Below are positions 52,888 through 63,546 of a stretch of DNA of 64,000 bases, in pieces. The position numbers and the translations under genes were made by a program. The notes under the pieces are model-generated. The model did not search any database and was not told where the DNA came from. It worked only from the letters and a program-made list of their open reading frames with translations. Source of the stretch: Gammaproteobacteria bacterium (GTDB lineage: Bacteria; Pseudomonadota; Gammaproteobacteria; CAKMZV01). The first letter of the stretch is position 1, and each line of letters starts with the position of its first letter. Location: assembly GCA_965219665.1 (NCBI GenBank), contig CBDCOD010000024.1:209633-273632 (forward strand). Direction: 5' to 3'.

Positions 52888-55800
52888 ATGCATACGATCA
52901 ATACACATAGCAGTACACATAGCAATACATTTAACAATACACTGTATTCCATCCAAAAACGCTTAGTTTTCTTGTTCTGCATAGTATCGGCATTGGTGTC
53001 GGCATCGCTGTGGTCAATGACAGCAAGTGCAGCTGCGCCAGTTGCTTTAAGCCATATTTTGTCTGTACACACCTACGCAGGGGGTGGGACTGGCCCTGAC
53101 AGCACCTCCGATGGCAACAGCACCCAAACCGCGCGTTTTGATCAACCCAATGGGCTTAGAGTAGCACCGGATGGGCGCCTCTTTATCACGGACCGTGGGC
53201 GCTTACGCGTGGTGAGCGCGGATGGCAGCACGGTATCCACCTACGCTGGTGGCGGTAGTGTGGATGTAGATAGCGCCAGCACCTCCAATATTCGTTTTCG
53301 CGAACTCCAAGACGTAGCTATTCACCCCGATGGCCGCGTGTTTGTTTTAGATGGAGGGTCGCGCTCTGGGCATCGCGTGTATGTTATTGACCCAACTGGC
53401 AGCACCGCCTCTGTCTATGCGGGCGGGGGACCAATTGGTAACTTTGCTGGCAGTTTTGCAGATGGTGCCAGCACTACCACTGCGCGCTTTAACCAACCTT
53501 TGGGGATGGTGCTTCACTCTGATGGACGGCTTTTCATTGCCGACACAGACAACCATCGCATTCGCGTCATCAGCGCGGATGGCGCCACCGTTTCTACCTA
53601 TGCAGGCAATGGCAATCCAGGATTGGCTGATGGCGATGCGGATGCGGCTGAGTTTAACGGTCCTGTCAGCCTGGCATTTGCTACCGATGGGCGCCTCTTT
53701 GTCGGCGATGGCAACAACCGCCGCATTCGGGTGATTAGTGCCGATGGCAATACGGTTTCCACCTACGCCGGTCGCGGTGCCACTGGCGAAACAGCATTAG
53801 GTTTACCATTCCCGCCCGCTGATAGCATCGATTTTTTTGATGTTGCCTATATTGCCATTACCACCGATGGGCGCATTCTAGTCAGCGATGATGGCTCTCA
53901 TAATATTCGGGTCATCAGCGCAAATGGCAGCCGTATTTCTGTGTATGCAGGCGCTAATGGAGTCACCCCTGGCAACATAAGAGGCTTTGCCCCTAACCCC
54001 TTAAATGAAGGTCTTCCTGCTGTAGACGCAGGTTTTGGAAGCCCTAGGGGCATCGCTATTGACGCGACTAGGCGGGTATTTGTCGCCAATCGCAATTTTA
54101 ACTTAGTGAGCGTTATTGCCCCCAGTTTGGCAGTGGCAGATATCCCCCCTGCGCAATTAAGCGCAGCACAGCAAGTACGCGGATCAAGCGTCTTCAGCGC
54201 TGGCGTGGTGCAATCTCTATTTAGCGATGCGGATGGGAGCACTTTAAGCTACAGCTTGGTCGAAACCAGTTCGGCGACGGCTGTATCCTTTGCCATTGAT
54301 AGCGTCAGTGGCGCTATCACCTACCTTCAGCCCACAGAGGCGCTAGCTAATACGCAAACACTGGTGATTGCCGCCAGTGATGAGCAAGGCACAGCTACTT
54401 CCCGTCTGACGGTTATTTCTGAACCTTTGAGCAACTATCCGCCCCAGTTTGGTTTATCCACCAGTGCCCTCACGCGCGCAGAAGGGTTTGCAGACCCCAT
54501 AACCATTACCATCAATGACCCAGATGATGGGGATACGGACGGTATAGAGCAGCCGATCACATACAGCCTGCGCATAGACCCTAATGACTTATTGGCGCCT
54601 TTTGCAACATTTGCGATTGACCCACAATCAGGCACAATCACCATTACCAGTATCAGCGGCGCAGGCGCGTTTGGCAATATAACCGTTCGGGTTATTGCTG
54701 ATGATGGCAGTAACAGCCGTAGTGAGTCCGAACAAAGCTTTACCCTCACTGTAACCCAAGTGAATAACAGCCCGCCTGTGGTAGCTCCAAGCCTGCGCAT
54801 TGTGCGCACCTATGCAGGCAGCGGCGTTAACGATTTTGCAGATGGTAGCGCCCTGACAGCACAATTCAACGCTCCAAGCGGTATTGCTCGGGCAGCCGAT
54901 GGACGGCTTTTCATTGCCGATACAGACAACCATCGTATTCGCGTCATTAGTGCCGATGGTGCGACTGTTTCCACTTATGCAGGTGATGGCGTTGAGGACT
55001 TTGCAGATGGCAGCACCAGCACGGCACGCTTTAGTTCTCCACGTGGCGTTGCCTTGGCAGCCGATGGCCGCCTCTTTGTTGCAGATGAGTTCAATCACCG
55101 TATTCGCGTCATTAGTGCCGATGGTGCGACTGTTTCCACTTATGCAGGTGATGACGCTGCGGCTTTTGCAGATGGCAGCACCAGCACGGCACGCTTTAGT
55201 TCTCCACGTGGCGTTGCCTTGGCAGCCGATGGACGCCTCTTTGTTGCAGATACTTTCAATGACCGTATTCGCGTCATTAGTGCCGATGGTGCGACTGTTT
55301 CTACTTATGCAGGCAGTGGTTTTGGCTTCGCCAATGGCAGCACCAGCACCGCCCGCTTTAATACGCCACGCGGCGTTGCCGTGGCAGCCGATGGGCGCGT
55401 CTTTGTTGCAGATGCTGGCAATCAGCGCATTCGCGTCATTAGTGCCGATGGTGCGACTGTTTCCACTTATGCAGGTGATGGCGTTCAGAGCTTTGCAGAT
55501 GGCAGCACGACCACCGCTCGGTTTGATAGCCCAACCGATTTTGTAGTTACCTCCGATGGTCGCGTCTTTGTTACTGATACGGGTAATCATCGTATTCGCG
55601 TGATTAGTGCCGATGGTGCCTCTGTCTCTACCTATGCAGGTAGTGGTGCAGTTGCCCAAACTAATGCGCCTCAACTAGAATCACAAACCGCTCTTGATAT
55701 AGATTTAAGATTTCCGCAAAGAATGACTCTTGCGCCGGATGGACGCCTCTTTTTCACTGAGACAAATATTCATCGTATTCGCGTGATTGAAGTCGTTTCC

Positions 55801-57504
55801 TCAGCTTCTGAAAACTTTGGCTCTGTTACCTTAGGCGCTGAATTTCAAGGGGCTGGAACGCACGTTATTGGCGCACAAAACCTATTTTTTGATGCAGAAG
55901 GTAATGACTTAACCTTCAGCATTCTCTCTGGTAATGAGGACGGCTTTTTTGCCATCGATGCAGCCAGTGGCAGGGTTACGCTGGCAGGCAGTTTAACCGA
56001 TAGACAAACAGGGATCAACACGCTGGTTATCCAGGCACAAGATCTTGCTGGCAGCGCCACCGTAACCCTTACCATCGTAGTGGAAGAGGTGAACGATCCT
56101 CCCACGTTCGCCCTGTCTACCAGCACATTGGAATTAGATGAAGATTTCGGCACTAATACCGATATTGTGGTAGTGAATCCCGATGATGGGGACGCTGCGA
56201 TTGAGCAAATACTGACTTATAGCGTGAGCACCAACAATGTTGGCTTTACCACACTGACTATCAATGCACAATCAGGGACACTTACCTTGACCAGTATAGC
56301 GGATGCTTTTGGTGAGGCAACTCTTACCATAACGGTGACTGATTCTTCTGCTACCAACAATGAGGCAACCCAAGTCCTTAGATTACGAGTACTCTCTGTG
56401 AATGACCCGCCTGCCTTTTCCCTCTCTACGACCACACTGAGGCTCACTGAGGACTTTGCTCAAGCAATAACTGTATCGGTGGTGAACCCAAATGATGTTG
56501 ATGGTGATGGTGATGGCATGGAGCAAACTTTAACCTATAGCATATCACCAGTTAGTTTAGAGGTGGTTGGTATAAGCTTTGATGCCAATTCAGGTCAAGT
56601 AATTCTCAATAGCGTTGCCGATGCCAATAGCATTAACCCGATTCTGTTTGAAATAACTGCGAATGATGGTGGCGCGGTCAATAATCTATTCTCGCAGTCA
56701 TTTACCCTTGAGATTGAGCCTGTGGATGACCCAGGGAGGAATGACCCGCCTAATGTTGTGCTGTCAACTGCTGTGCTCACGCTGGATGAAGATTTTGGCA
56801 GTGCTTCTATAACTGTGGTGAGAAGCGATGACGGGGATGGCACCAATCAACCTTTGACTTATAGTATAAGCACCACTAATATCGGTTTTGCAATGATTTC
56901 TATTGATAGCAACTCAGGCGCTATAACCCTGAGTAGTGTCGATAACCAATTTGGGCAAGCCACTTTGTTTGTGACGGTGGATGACTCTGCTCCTGAGGAT
57001 AATCTTTCAATCATACAGGTTGTTGTTGAGGCACGTGCTGTGAACGATGTGCCAACTTTTACCTTATCACGAACGGCGTTGACGCTGGATGAGGATTTTG
57101 GAACCAATACGGATATTAGCGTGGTGAGTCCAAATGATGGCGACAATGGCGATCAAGTGATTACTTATAGTATTAATCCTACTAATACCGAATTTGCTAC
57201 TTTAGCAATTGATGCGCAAACAGGGGAGGTTACTATAACCAGTGTCGCTAATGGATTTGGGAGTGCAGTCATTACAGTGATAGCAGAAGATGATGGTGGC
57301 GGCGATACCAACCAGTCAACCCAAACCTTTATGCTGACTGTGCTGGATGTGGTTGATAGTGTGTCACAGCCTGCCAGCAGTGGTGGCGGGGGTGGTGGCG
57401 GCTGTAGCTTACAGTCTGAATCAGGCGCAATAGACTGGACGCTATGGTTGCTTGCTCTATTGAGTTTAGCTGCACTGCGTGGCTATCGCCGCAGGGTATC
57501 TTAG
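52888..57504 (+). CDS. giant secreted NHL-propeller/cadherin-like repeat protein with C-terminal sorting tail, copy 3
   Basis: 1538 aa with the same architecture and tail as copies 1-2. Confidence 0.85.
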   Translation: MHTINTHSSTHSNTFNNTLYSIQKRLVFLFCIVSALVSASLWSMTASAAAPVALSHILSVHTYAGGGTGPDSTSDGNSTQTARFDQPNGLRVAPDGRLFITDRGRLRVVSADGSTVSTYAGGGSVDVDSASTSNIRFRELQDVAIHPDGRVFVLDGGSRSGHRVYVIDPTGSTASVYAGGGPIGNFAGSFADGASTTTARFNQPLGMVLHSDGRLFIADTDNHRIRVISADGATVSTYAGNGNPGLADGDADAAEFNGPVSLAFATDGRLFVGDGNNRRIRVISADGNTVSTYAGRGATGETALGLPFPPADSIDFFDVAYIAITTDGRILVSDDGSHNIRVISANGSRISVYAGANGVTPGNIRGFAPNPLNEGLPAVDAGFGSPRGIAIDATRRVFVANRNFNLVSVIAPSLAVADIPPAQLSAAQQVRGSSVFSAGVVQSLFSDADGSTLSYSLVETSSATAVSFAIDSVSGAITYLQPTEALANTQTLVIAASDEQGTATSRLTVISEPLSNYPPQFGLSTSALTRAEGFADPITITINDPDDGDTDGIEQPITYSLRIDPNDLLAPFATFAIDPQSGTITITSISGAGAFGNITVRVIADDGSNSRSESEQSFTLTVTQVNNSPPVVAPSLRIVRTYAGSGVNDFADGSALTAQFNAPSGIARAADGRLFIADTDNHRIRVISADGATVSTYAGDGVEDFADGSTSTARFSSPRGVALAADGRLFVADEFNHRIRVISADGATVSTYAGDDAAAFADGSTSTARFSSPRGVALAADGRLFVADTFNDRIRVISADGATVSTYAGSGFGFANGSTSTARFNTPRGVAVAADGRVFVADAGNQRIRVISADGATVSTYAGDGVQSFADGSTTTARFDSPTDFVVTSDGRVFVTDTGNHRIRVISADGASVSTYAGSGAVAQTNAPQLESQTALDIDLRFPQRMTLAPDGRLFFTETNIHRIRVIEVVSSASENFGSVTLGAEFQGAGTHVIGAQNLFFDAEGNDLTFSILSGNEDGFFAIDAASGRVTLAGSLTDRQTGINTLVIQAQDLAGSATVTLTIVVEEVNDPPTFALSTSTLELDEDFGTNTDIVVVNPDDGDAAIEQILTYSVSTNNVGFTTLTINAQSGTLTLTSIADAFGEATLTITVTDSSATNNEATQVLRLRVLSVNDPPAFSLSTTTLRLTEDFAQAITVSVVNPNDVDGDGDGMEQTLTYSISPVSLEVVGISFDANSGQVILNSVADANSINPILFEITANDGGAVNNLFSQSFTLEIEPVDDPGRNDPPNVVLSTAVLTLDEDFGSASITVVRSDDGDGTNQPLTYSISTTNIGFAMISIDSNSGAITLSSVDNQFGQATLFVTVDDSAPEDNLSIIQVVVEARAVNDVPTFTLSRTALTLDEDFGTNTDISVVSPNDGDNGDQVITYSINPTNTEFATLAIDAQTGEVTITSVANGFGSAVITVIAEDDGGGDTNQSTQTFMLTVLDVVDSVSQPASSGGGGGGGCSLQSESGAIDWTLWLLALLSLAALRGYRRRVS

Positions 57505-57715
57505 ATGAAAGGCAGAAATGCTGTTTTATGTGACACAATTGCCATTCATGCTCAAAAGCAGCCTGAATGGATGGCTGCAATGTTTGCTGCGACACGTTTT
57601 CCTAACTGTTCGCAGCGAATAGTATCGTATAGTTGTGTTACAATCCTCTTAATATATACACATCTATATAACAACGCATTCATTCATTCATATCAATAAT
57701 CACAGAGGACTATTA

Positions 57716-60674
57716 TGCATACGATCAATATACACATAGCAGTACATTTAACAATACACTGTATTCCATCCAAAAACGCTTAGTTTTGTTGTTCTGCATC
57801 GTATCGGCATTGGTGTCGGCATCGCTGTGGTCAATGACAGCAAGTGCAGCTGCGCCAGTGGCTTTAAGCCATAGTGCGTCCGAACATAGCTTTGCCCTCA
57901 CTGTAACCCAAGTGAATAACAGCCCGCCTGTGGTAGCTCCAAGCCTGCGCATTGTGCGCACCTATGCAGGCAGCGGCGTTAACGATTTTGCAGATGGTAG
58001 CGCCCTGACAGCACAATTCAACGCTCCAAGCGGTATTGCTCGGGCAGCCGATGGACGCCTCTTTGTTGCAGATACTTTCAATCACCGCATCCGAGTAATC
58101 AGTGCCGATGGTGCGACGGTTTCCACTTATGCAGGTGATGGCGTTAACGGGCTTTGCAGATGGCAGCACCAGCACGGCACGCTTTAGTGATCAACCTCAA
58201 GGCGTTGCCTTGGCAGCCGATGGACGCCTCTTTGTTGCAGATGAGAGCCAATCACCGTATTCGCGTGATTAGTGCCGATGGTGCGACTGTTTCCACTTAT
58301 GCAGGTAATGGCGTTCGCGGCTTTTGCAGATGGCAGCACCAGCACGGCACGCTTTCGTGGGTCCAGTCGGCGTTGCCGTGGCAGCCGATGGACGCCTCTT
58401 TGTTGCAGATACTTTCAATAGACCGTATTCGCGTCATTAGTGCCGATGGTGCTACCGTCTCTACTTATGCAGGCACTGGTTTTTTTGGCTTTGCCAATGG
58501 CGAGCGCCAGCACCGCTCGCTTTGGTTCTGCCTCAACTGGCGTTGCCGTGGCAGCCGATGGACGCGTCTTTGTTGCAGATACGGGTCAATAACGTCGGAT
58601 TCGCGTCATTAGTGCCGATGGTGCGACGGTTTCTACTTATGCAGGTGATGGCTTTGCGGGCATTTGCAGATGGCAGCACCACCACCGCACGCTTTGACGA
58701 ACCTCGAGGCGGTATGGCCGTGGCAGCCGATGGTCGCGTCTTTGTTGCTGATGAGGTCAATCAATCGGATTCGCGTGATTAGTGCCGATGGTGCCTTTGT
58801 CTCTACCTATGCAGGTAGTGGTACAGCTACCCAAACCAATGAGCCTCAAGCATTACAAGCCGCTCTTGATATAGATTTAAGCGCAACCGCGAAGAATGAC
58901 GCTTGCGCCGGATGGACGCCTCTTTTTCACTGACTCAGGTAACCATCGTATTCGCGTGATTGAAGTCATTTCCTCAACTTCTGAAAACTTTGGCTCTGTT
59001 AGCTTAGGCGCTGGACTTCAAGGGGCTGGAACGCACGTTATTGGCGCACAAAACCTATTTTTTGATGCAGAAGGTAGTGACTTAAGCTTCAGCATTCTCT
59101 CTGGTAATGAGGACGGCTTATTTGCCATCGATGCAGCCAGTGGCAGGGTTACGCTGGCAGGCAGTTTAACCGATACACGAACAGGGATCAACACGCTGGT
59201 TATCCAGGCAGAAGATCTTGCTGGCAGCGCCACCGTAACCCTTACCATCGTAGTGGAAGAGGTGAACGATCCTCCCACGTTCGCCCTGTCTTCCAGCACT
59301 TTGGAATTAGATGAAGATTTCGGCACTAATACCGATATTGTGGTAGTGAATCCCGATGATGGGGATGCCGCGATTGAGCAAATACTGACTTATAGCGTGA
59401 GCACCAACAATGTCGGCTTTACCACTCTGACTATCAATGCACAATCAGGGACACTTACCCTGACCAGTATAGCGGATGCTTTTGGTGAGGCAACTCTTAC
59501 CATAACGGTGACTGATTCTTCTGCTACCAACAATGAGGCAACCCAAACCCTTAGATTACGAGTACTCCCCGTGAATGACCCGCCTGCCTTTTCCCTCTCT
59601 ACGACCACCCTGAGGCTCGATGAGGACTTTGCTCAAGCAATAACTGTATCGGTGGTGAACCCAAATGATGGTGATGATGGCATGGAGCAAACTTTAACCT
59701 ATAGCATATCACCGGTTAGTTTAGGGGTGGTTGGTATAAGCTTTGATGCCAATTCAGGTCAAGTAATTCTCAATAGCGTTGCCGATGAAAATAGCATTAA
59801 CCCGATTCTGTTTGAAATAACTGCGAATGATGGTGGCGCGGTCAATAATCTATTCTCGCAGTCATTTACCCTTGAGATTGAGCCTGTGGATGACCCGGGG
59901 AATGACCCGCCTAATGTTGTGCTGTCAACTGCTGTGCTCACGCTGGATGAAGATTTTGGCAGTGCTTCTATAACTGTGGTGAGTAGCGATGACGGGGATG
60001 GCACCAATCAACCTTTGACTTATAGTATAAGCACCACTAATATCGGTTTTGCAACGATTTCTATTGATAGCAACTCAGGCGCTATAACCCTGAGTAGTGT
60101 CGATAACCAATTTGGGCAAGCCGCTTTGTTTGTGACGGTGGATGACTCTGCTCCTGAGGATAATCTTTCAATCATACAGGTTGTTGTTAGGGCACGTGCT
60201 GTGAACGATGTGCCAACTTTTACCTTATCACGAACGGCGCTGACACTGAATGAGGATTTTGGAAGCAATACGGATATTAGCGTGGTGAGTCCAAATGATG
60301 GCGACAATGGCGATCAAGTGATTACTTATCGTATTAATCCTACTAATACCGAATTTGCTACTTTAGCAATTGATGCGCAAACAGGGGAGGTTACTATAAC
60401 CAGTGTCGCTAATGGATTTGGGAGTGCAGTCATTACAGTGATAGCAGAAGATGATGGTGGCGGCGATACCAACCAGTCAACCCAAACCTTTATGCTGACT
60501 GTGGTTGATAGTGTGTCAGAAGCTGCCAGCAGTGGTGGCGGGGGTGGTGGCTGTAGCTTACAGTCCGCAACGAACCACCCTATAGACACTACACTCTGGT
60601 GGCTCCTGTTATTAAGCCTTGCGCTACTAACAGTGCGCGCTTATACAACGCGCCGCCCTCAAAAAAACCTATAG
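57716..60674 (+). pseudogene. degraded copy 4 of the NHL/cadherin repeat-protein gene (internal ~1.7-kb deletion, multiple frameshifts in second propeller, variant tail)
   Basis: Same upstream spacer and ATG context. The N-terminal repeat has a 2-nt indel. The signal peptide joins directly to the residue-~610 region (SASEHSFALTVTQVNNSPPVV). Reading frames break repeatedly between 58100 and 58900 (ORFs 57786..58187, 58154..58612, 58522..58782, 58664..58933). The ORF is intact from 58896 to the tail SSGGGGGGCSLQSATNHPIDTTLWWLLLLSLALLTVRAYTTRRPQKNL*. Confidence 0.75.
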
Positions 60675-60697
60675 CATAATTGAACATCAAATCCATA

Positions 60698-60790
60698 TCT
60701 GATGAAAAGATAGAGGAACTGTTGTTCAAACTTGGTAATGAAGGCTGTGGTGTCTATTGGAGAATAGTTGAAATGCTCTATCAAAACAAC
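60698..60790 (+). repeat. right copy of ~93-bp direct repeat (DUF4373 gene segment) flanking the array
   Basis: Encodes SDEKIEELLFKLGNEGCGVYWRIVEMLYQNN, versus SDEKIEKLLFELGNEGYGIYWRIIEMLYQNN in the left copy. Confidence 0.7.
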
Positions 60791-60827
60791 AATTCCTTAC
60801 GAACGTAATACGAACCTAATACTATAA

Positions 60828-60986
60828 AAGGAAAGTATTAAAAAAGAAGTATCTGACGATACTTCACAAAAAAACACAAAAAAAGATTCAAGTCCAATTA
60901 AATCAGTCGTCAGCAAACCTTACGACGTAACCCAAGAAACTTGGGACGCTTGGCTTACAGTCAGAGATTGTAGGGGGGGTAGATGA
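60828..60986 (+). pseudogene. fragment of phage replication protein (middle region with TQETWDAWLTVR motif), no start codon
   Basis: Open frame KESIKKEVSDDTSQKNTKKDSSPIKSVVSKPYDVTQETWDAWLTVRDCRGGR*. The W-x2-W/F-x3-R segment matches the conserved motif found after the N-terminal domain in phage DnaD-like replisome-organizer proteins. Confidence 0.35.
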
Positions 60987-61531
60987 AATGGGATGATGGC
61001 GCGTTGGTTTGGGATGGCGTTGAAAGCCCCTTGCAATGCGGGTTACAGGGGGGTGCAAGCCCCTTTTTTTATAGTTTTCGGTTTGGGTTGGAAAAACGGA
61101 TTTATGGGTATAAAAGGGGAGGAAAATAGGGTTAAAACCATCCGTAAATCATCCAAAAGGTAAGCAAAAAAAAGAATAAAATGGGGCAAGCGGAGAGCGC
61201 AGTAATAAGTCTTGCGCGATGAGGGGTAAATTGGCGTAGCCAAGAGGGGGATGATGCAAGCAAAGCGCAGCATCCGCGCTGCCCCCCTTTCAAACTGGTA
61301 AAGAAAACTAATCTAGAGTTCTTATAGCAGTCTATCAGAGGATGCGCGCGCGGGCAGAACTGGGTTTGTGTTTAGACTGATGGTTTGGTATAATTGCTAG
61401 CGTATGCTAATGTAGCGATCAGCATAGGGGGTAGAAGTCGCCCGTCCTCCTCCGCCATTTATGGCGTGATTAAGCAGAGTTGCGCACTGTCTGGTCGCTA
61501 TTTTATTTCCTCAAATTTCCCCAATTCTTGA

Positions 61532-61843
61532 CTACTGATTAGGCTGGCTGACCAGATGTAGTTGGCTTGTAGGTTTTTGCCGGTCAACGCGGGCGGTTTG
61601 GTTGGTTTGTACGACCAATTTGTTTGCTGCATCGTTGGGCAGGTCAATAACGAATAGCAGATTTTTATTGTTGGTGTCATAGAGCACGCGGTTTGGGTTG
61701 GCAATGTGCTGTAGGATGTTCAAGATAAAGTCATCATCAACGGCAATATTCTTTTCTTTTTTGAGGTCGCGAACCATGCGGGTTATGCGTTTGTCTTGTG
61801 CCAGAATGATCGCGGTGTTTGGCGTAACACCAGTGTTTTCCAA
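61532..61843 (-). CDS. hypothetical protein (prophage-remnant region)
   Basis: 103-aa ORF directly downstream of the Mu F-like pseudogene on the same strand. No recognisable motif. Confidence 0.25.
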   Translation of the reverse strand: MENTGVTPNTAIILAQDKRITRMVRDLKKEKNIAVDDDFILNILQHIANPNRVLYDTNNKNLLFVIDLPNDAANKLVVQTNQTARVDRQKPTSQLHLVSQPNQ

Positions 61844-61916
61844 ATAATCAACTGCTGCGGCAGGCAGGAAGCCTACGGGCGCAGTTTTGCCGGTGTTAGT
61901 GGGTGATTGATTGTCG

Positions 61917-62550
61917 TTAATTTTCTGAAAGTCGCAGTCGGATTAGTGCTTGATATGCACCGCCAAATTGATCAGGTGCCAGCGTTTGTGCGTGGTTTAG
62001 CAGCTGTGTGCGCACGGGTGGAGGCAATGCTAGTATTTTAGCACCCATATTGATAGCGGGTGCGGCAGCACTACCAGCTATGCCGACATTGTAATTGAAG
62101 CCCTCACCGTGATCCAATTCGGGCGGTGTTTCGCCTTCAGGGGTTTGTTCAATTCGACCATCTGATGCCTAGATGCTGCTGAGTGCAATAACCGTGCAGC
62201 GACAGTTGTAGCCGTTGGGCGGATAGTTTGTTTGCCAAAAGGGATCATCAATATGATAAGCAGCATTGTTATAGGGTTGGTGCGAATCGCGTACTCGTTC
62301 ATCTCCAGCAGTAAGGTAGCGCAGATATGGCATAGCTTCTTTTGTTTCTTGGAATTGTTGCCACTGCCCAGCGGCGTATGCGGAGCGCACGTTGGTCTGA
62401 TAAATCAAACCGACTTCGCCAGTTTCTATTGCCGTTGTATGACCAACCGTATCGAGCGACGATGCTATCGAAGTCATCACGGAATTGGGAGAGCGATTTG
62501 CCTTCGGATATGGCCGCCTGAACGGCGTTTTGAAAGTCACGAACAATGTC
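61917..62550 (-). pseudogene. phage head morphogenesis protein, Mu F / SPP1 gp7 family, disrupted by one frameshift and one in-frame amber codon
   Basis: One frame (down to ~62440) gives KLDIVRDFQNAVQAAISEGKSLSQFRDDFDSIVARYGW. A second frame (62546..62169) gives ...GLIYQTNVRSAYAAGQWQQF...LRYLTAGDERVRDSHQPYNNAAYHIDDPFWQTNYPPNGYNCRCTVIAL, the canonical Mu F C-terminal motif. TAG at 62169-62171 is in frame with the continuing ORF 61917..62117. Confidence 0.6.
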
Positions 62551-62572
62551 TAATTTGGCAGCCCCCGCAACA

Positions 62573-62719
62573 GAGATAAGAGAAAAGCACCAACTGACCA
62601 CAAAAGCCCTAAGCATCGTTACTGACGAAGCGAAAAAGGCAAATATAACACTGGAGCAAGCCTTAACAGAATCAGTTGGAAACAACTGGGTGAGCTTTAA
62701 GGTGCTTTGGTATAAAAAT
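62573..62719 (+). pseudogene. fragment of phage replication protein C-terminal region
   Basis: EIREKHQLTTKALSIVTDEAKKANITLEQALTESVGNNWVSFKVLWYKN matches the conserved R-x-K-x-x-LT...EA.KAGITLE.AL.....GW..FKA.W block of phage replication initiation/organizer proteins. It abuts the Mu F-like pseudogene on the opposite strand. Confidence 0.35.
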
Positions 62720-63546
62720 TCAAATCATCCTCTTCAAAAACCATTCGGCAAAGAACGCTTACCCAAAGTGGAAAGAAGCGCCCGATCCCGACACGCTTAG
62801 AGAGCGAGTCCAGAACCAATTTTTACCAAAAGGAGAATTGAATAATGAAAACATCTTCCAAATATGATGAATTTCTTCCCCTATTTTCGCACGAGAGAGG
62901 AGTTCCGCACTGATCCTGTGCCTATTGACCCTGAGTGTTATCTCTTCACAGCGGGCGTTATATTGAATAAAAAAACAACAATCCGTTTTTGACCAAGTTG
63001 CGGGACTGTGCACAAGGATGGGAATCAATATCAATTTGTAGGTGCGCACATAAACGAGAATAGCGACCATGTTCCGTTGTATCAGCAAGTAGGCGCGACT
63101 GCGCTTACAAAGTTAGATTCTCTTAACAACCGAGCGAAAGCCCAGAAGGGCGAAAATTACGGAGATCTTTGATGGTCCCCTAAAGTGCAGGTTTTGGGGG
63201 TCGATTTTGATAAGGACTTCCGATATACCACTACACATGGGGATTGGGGGCGTTGCCCCTTATCTGTCAGGGGGAAATTACCCACAGCCTCTCTCATTTG
63301 CCTCATACGGAGCGATAATCCATTGAGTAAGGCCAATTAAAGGTCTTTGTTGTTAAGTGCGTCACAGCACGCGGAATTGTTAAATTCTCTTGGATTGTAG
63401 CGTGCCATGCCGCTTTTGGGGTTGCCAAGTTTGGCTTAGCGAGTTTGGCTTAGGATATTTTTTAGATTATGTTTAACTATCTGGGTGGTTGAGTTTTACT
63501 GTATCTGGTATGTAATAGTTTCTGTATTTTTACACATCTGGTATAT

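Larger units (their letters stand above)
43074..60674 (+). repeat. head-to-tail tandem array of four ~4.8-kb units (210-bp spacer + ~4.6-kb gene)
   Basis: Units span 43074-47894, 47895-52681, 52682-57504 and 57505-60674 (truncated). Spacers are near-identical and contain the promoter-like element. Confidence 0.9.

Noticed and set aside
43074-60674. Regularly spaced repeats flagged as possible CRISPR array
   Set aside because: Units are ~4.8 kb and protein-coding, with 210-bp spacers. They have no short direct repeats separated by unique spacers and no cas genes.
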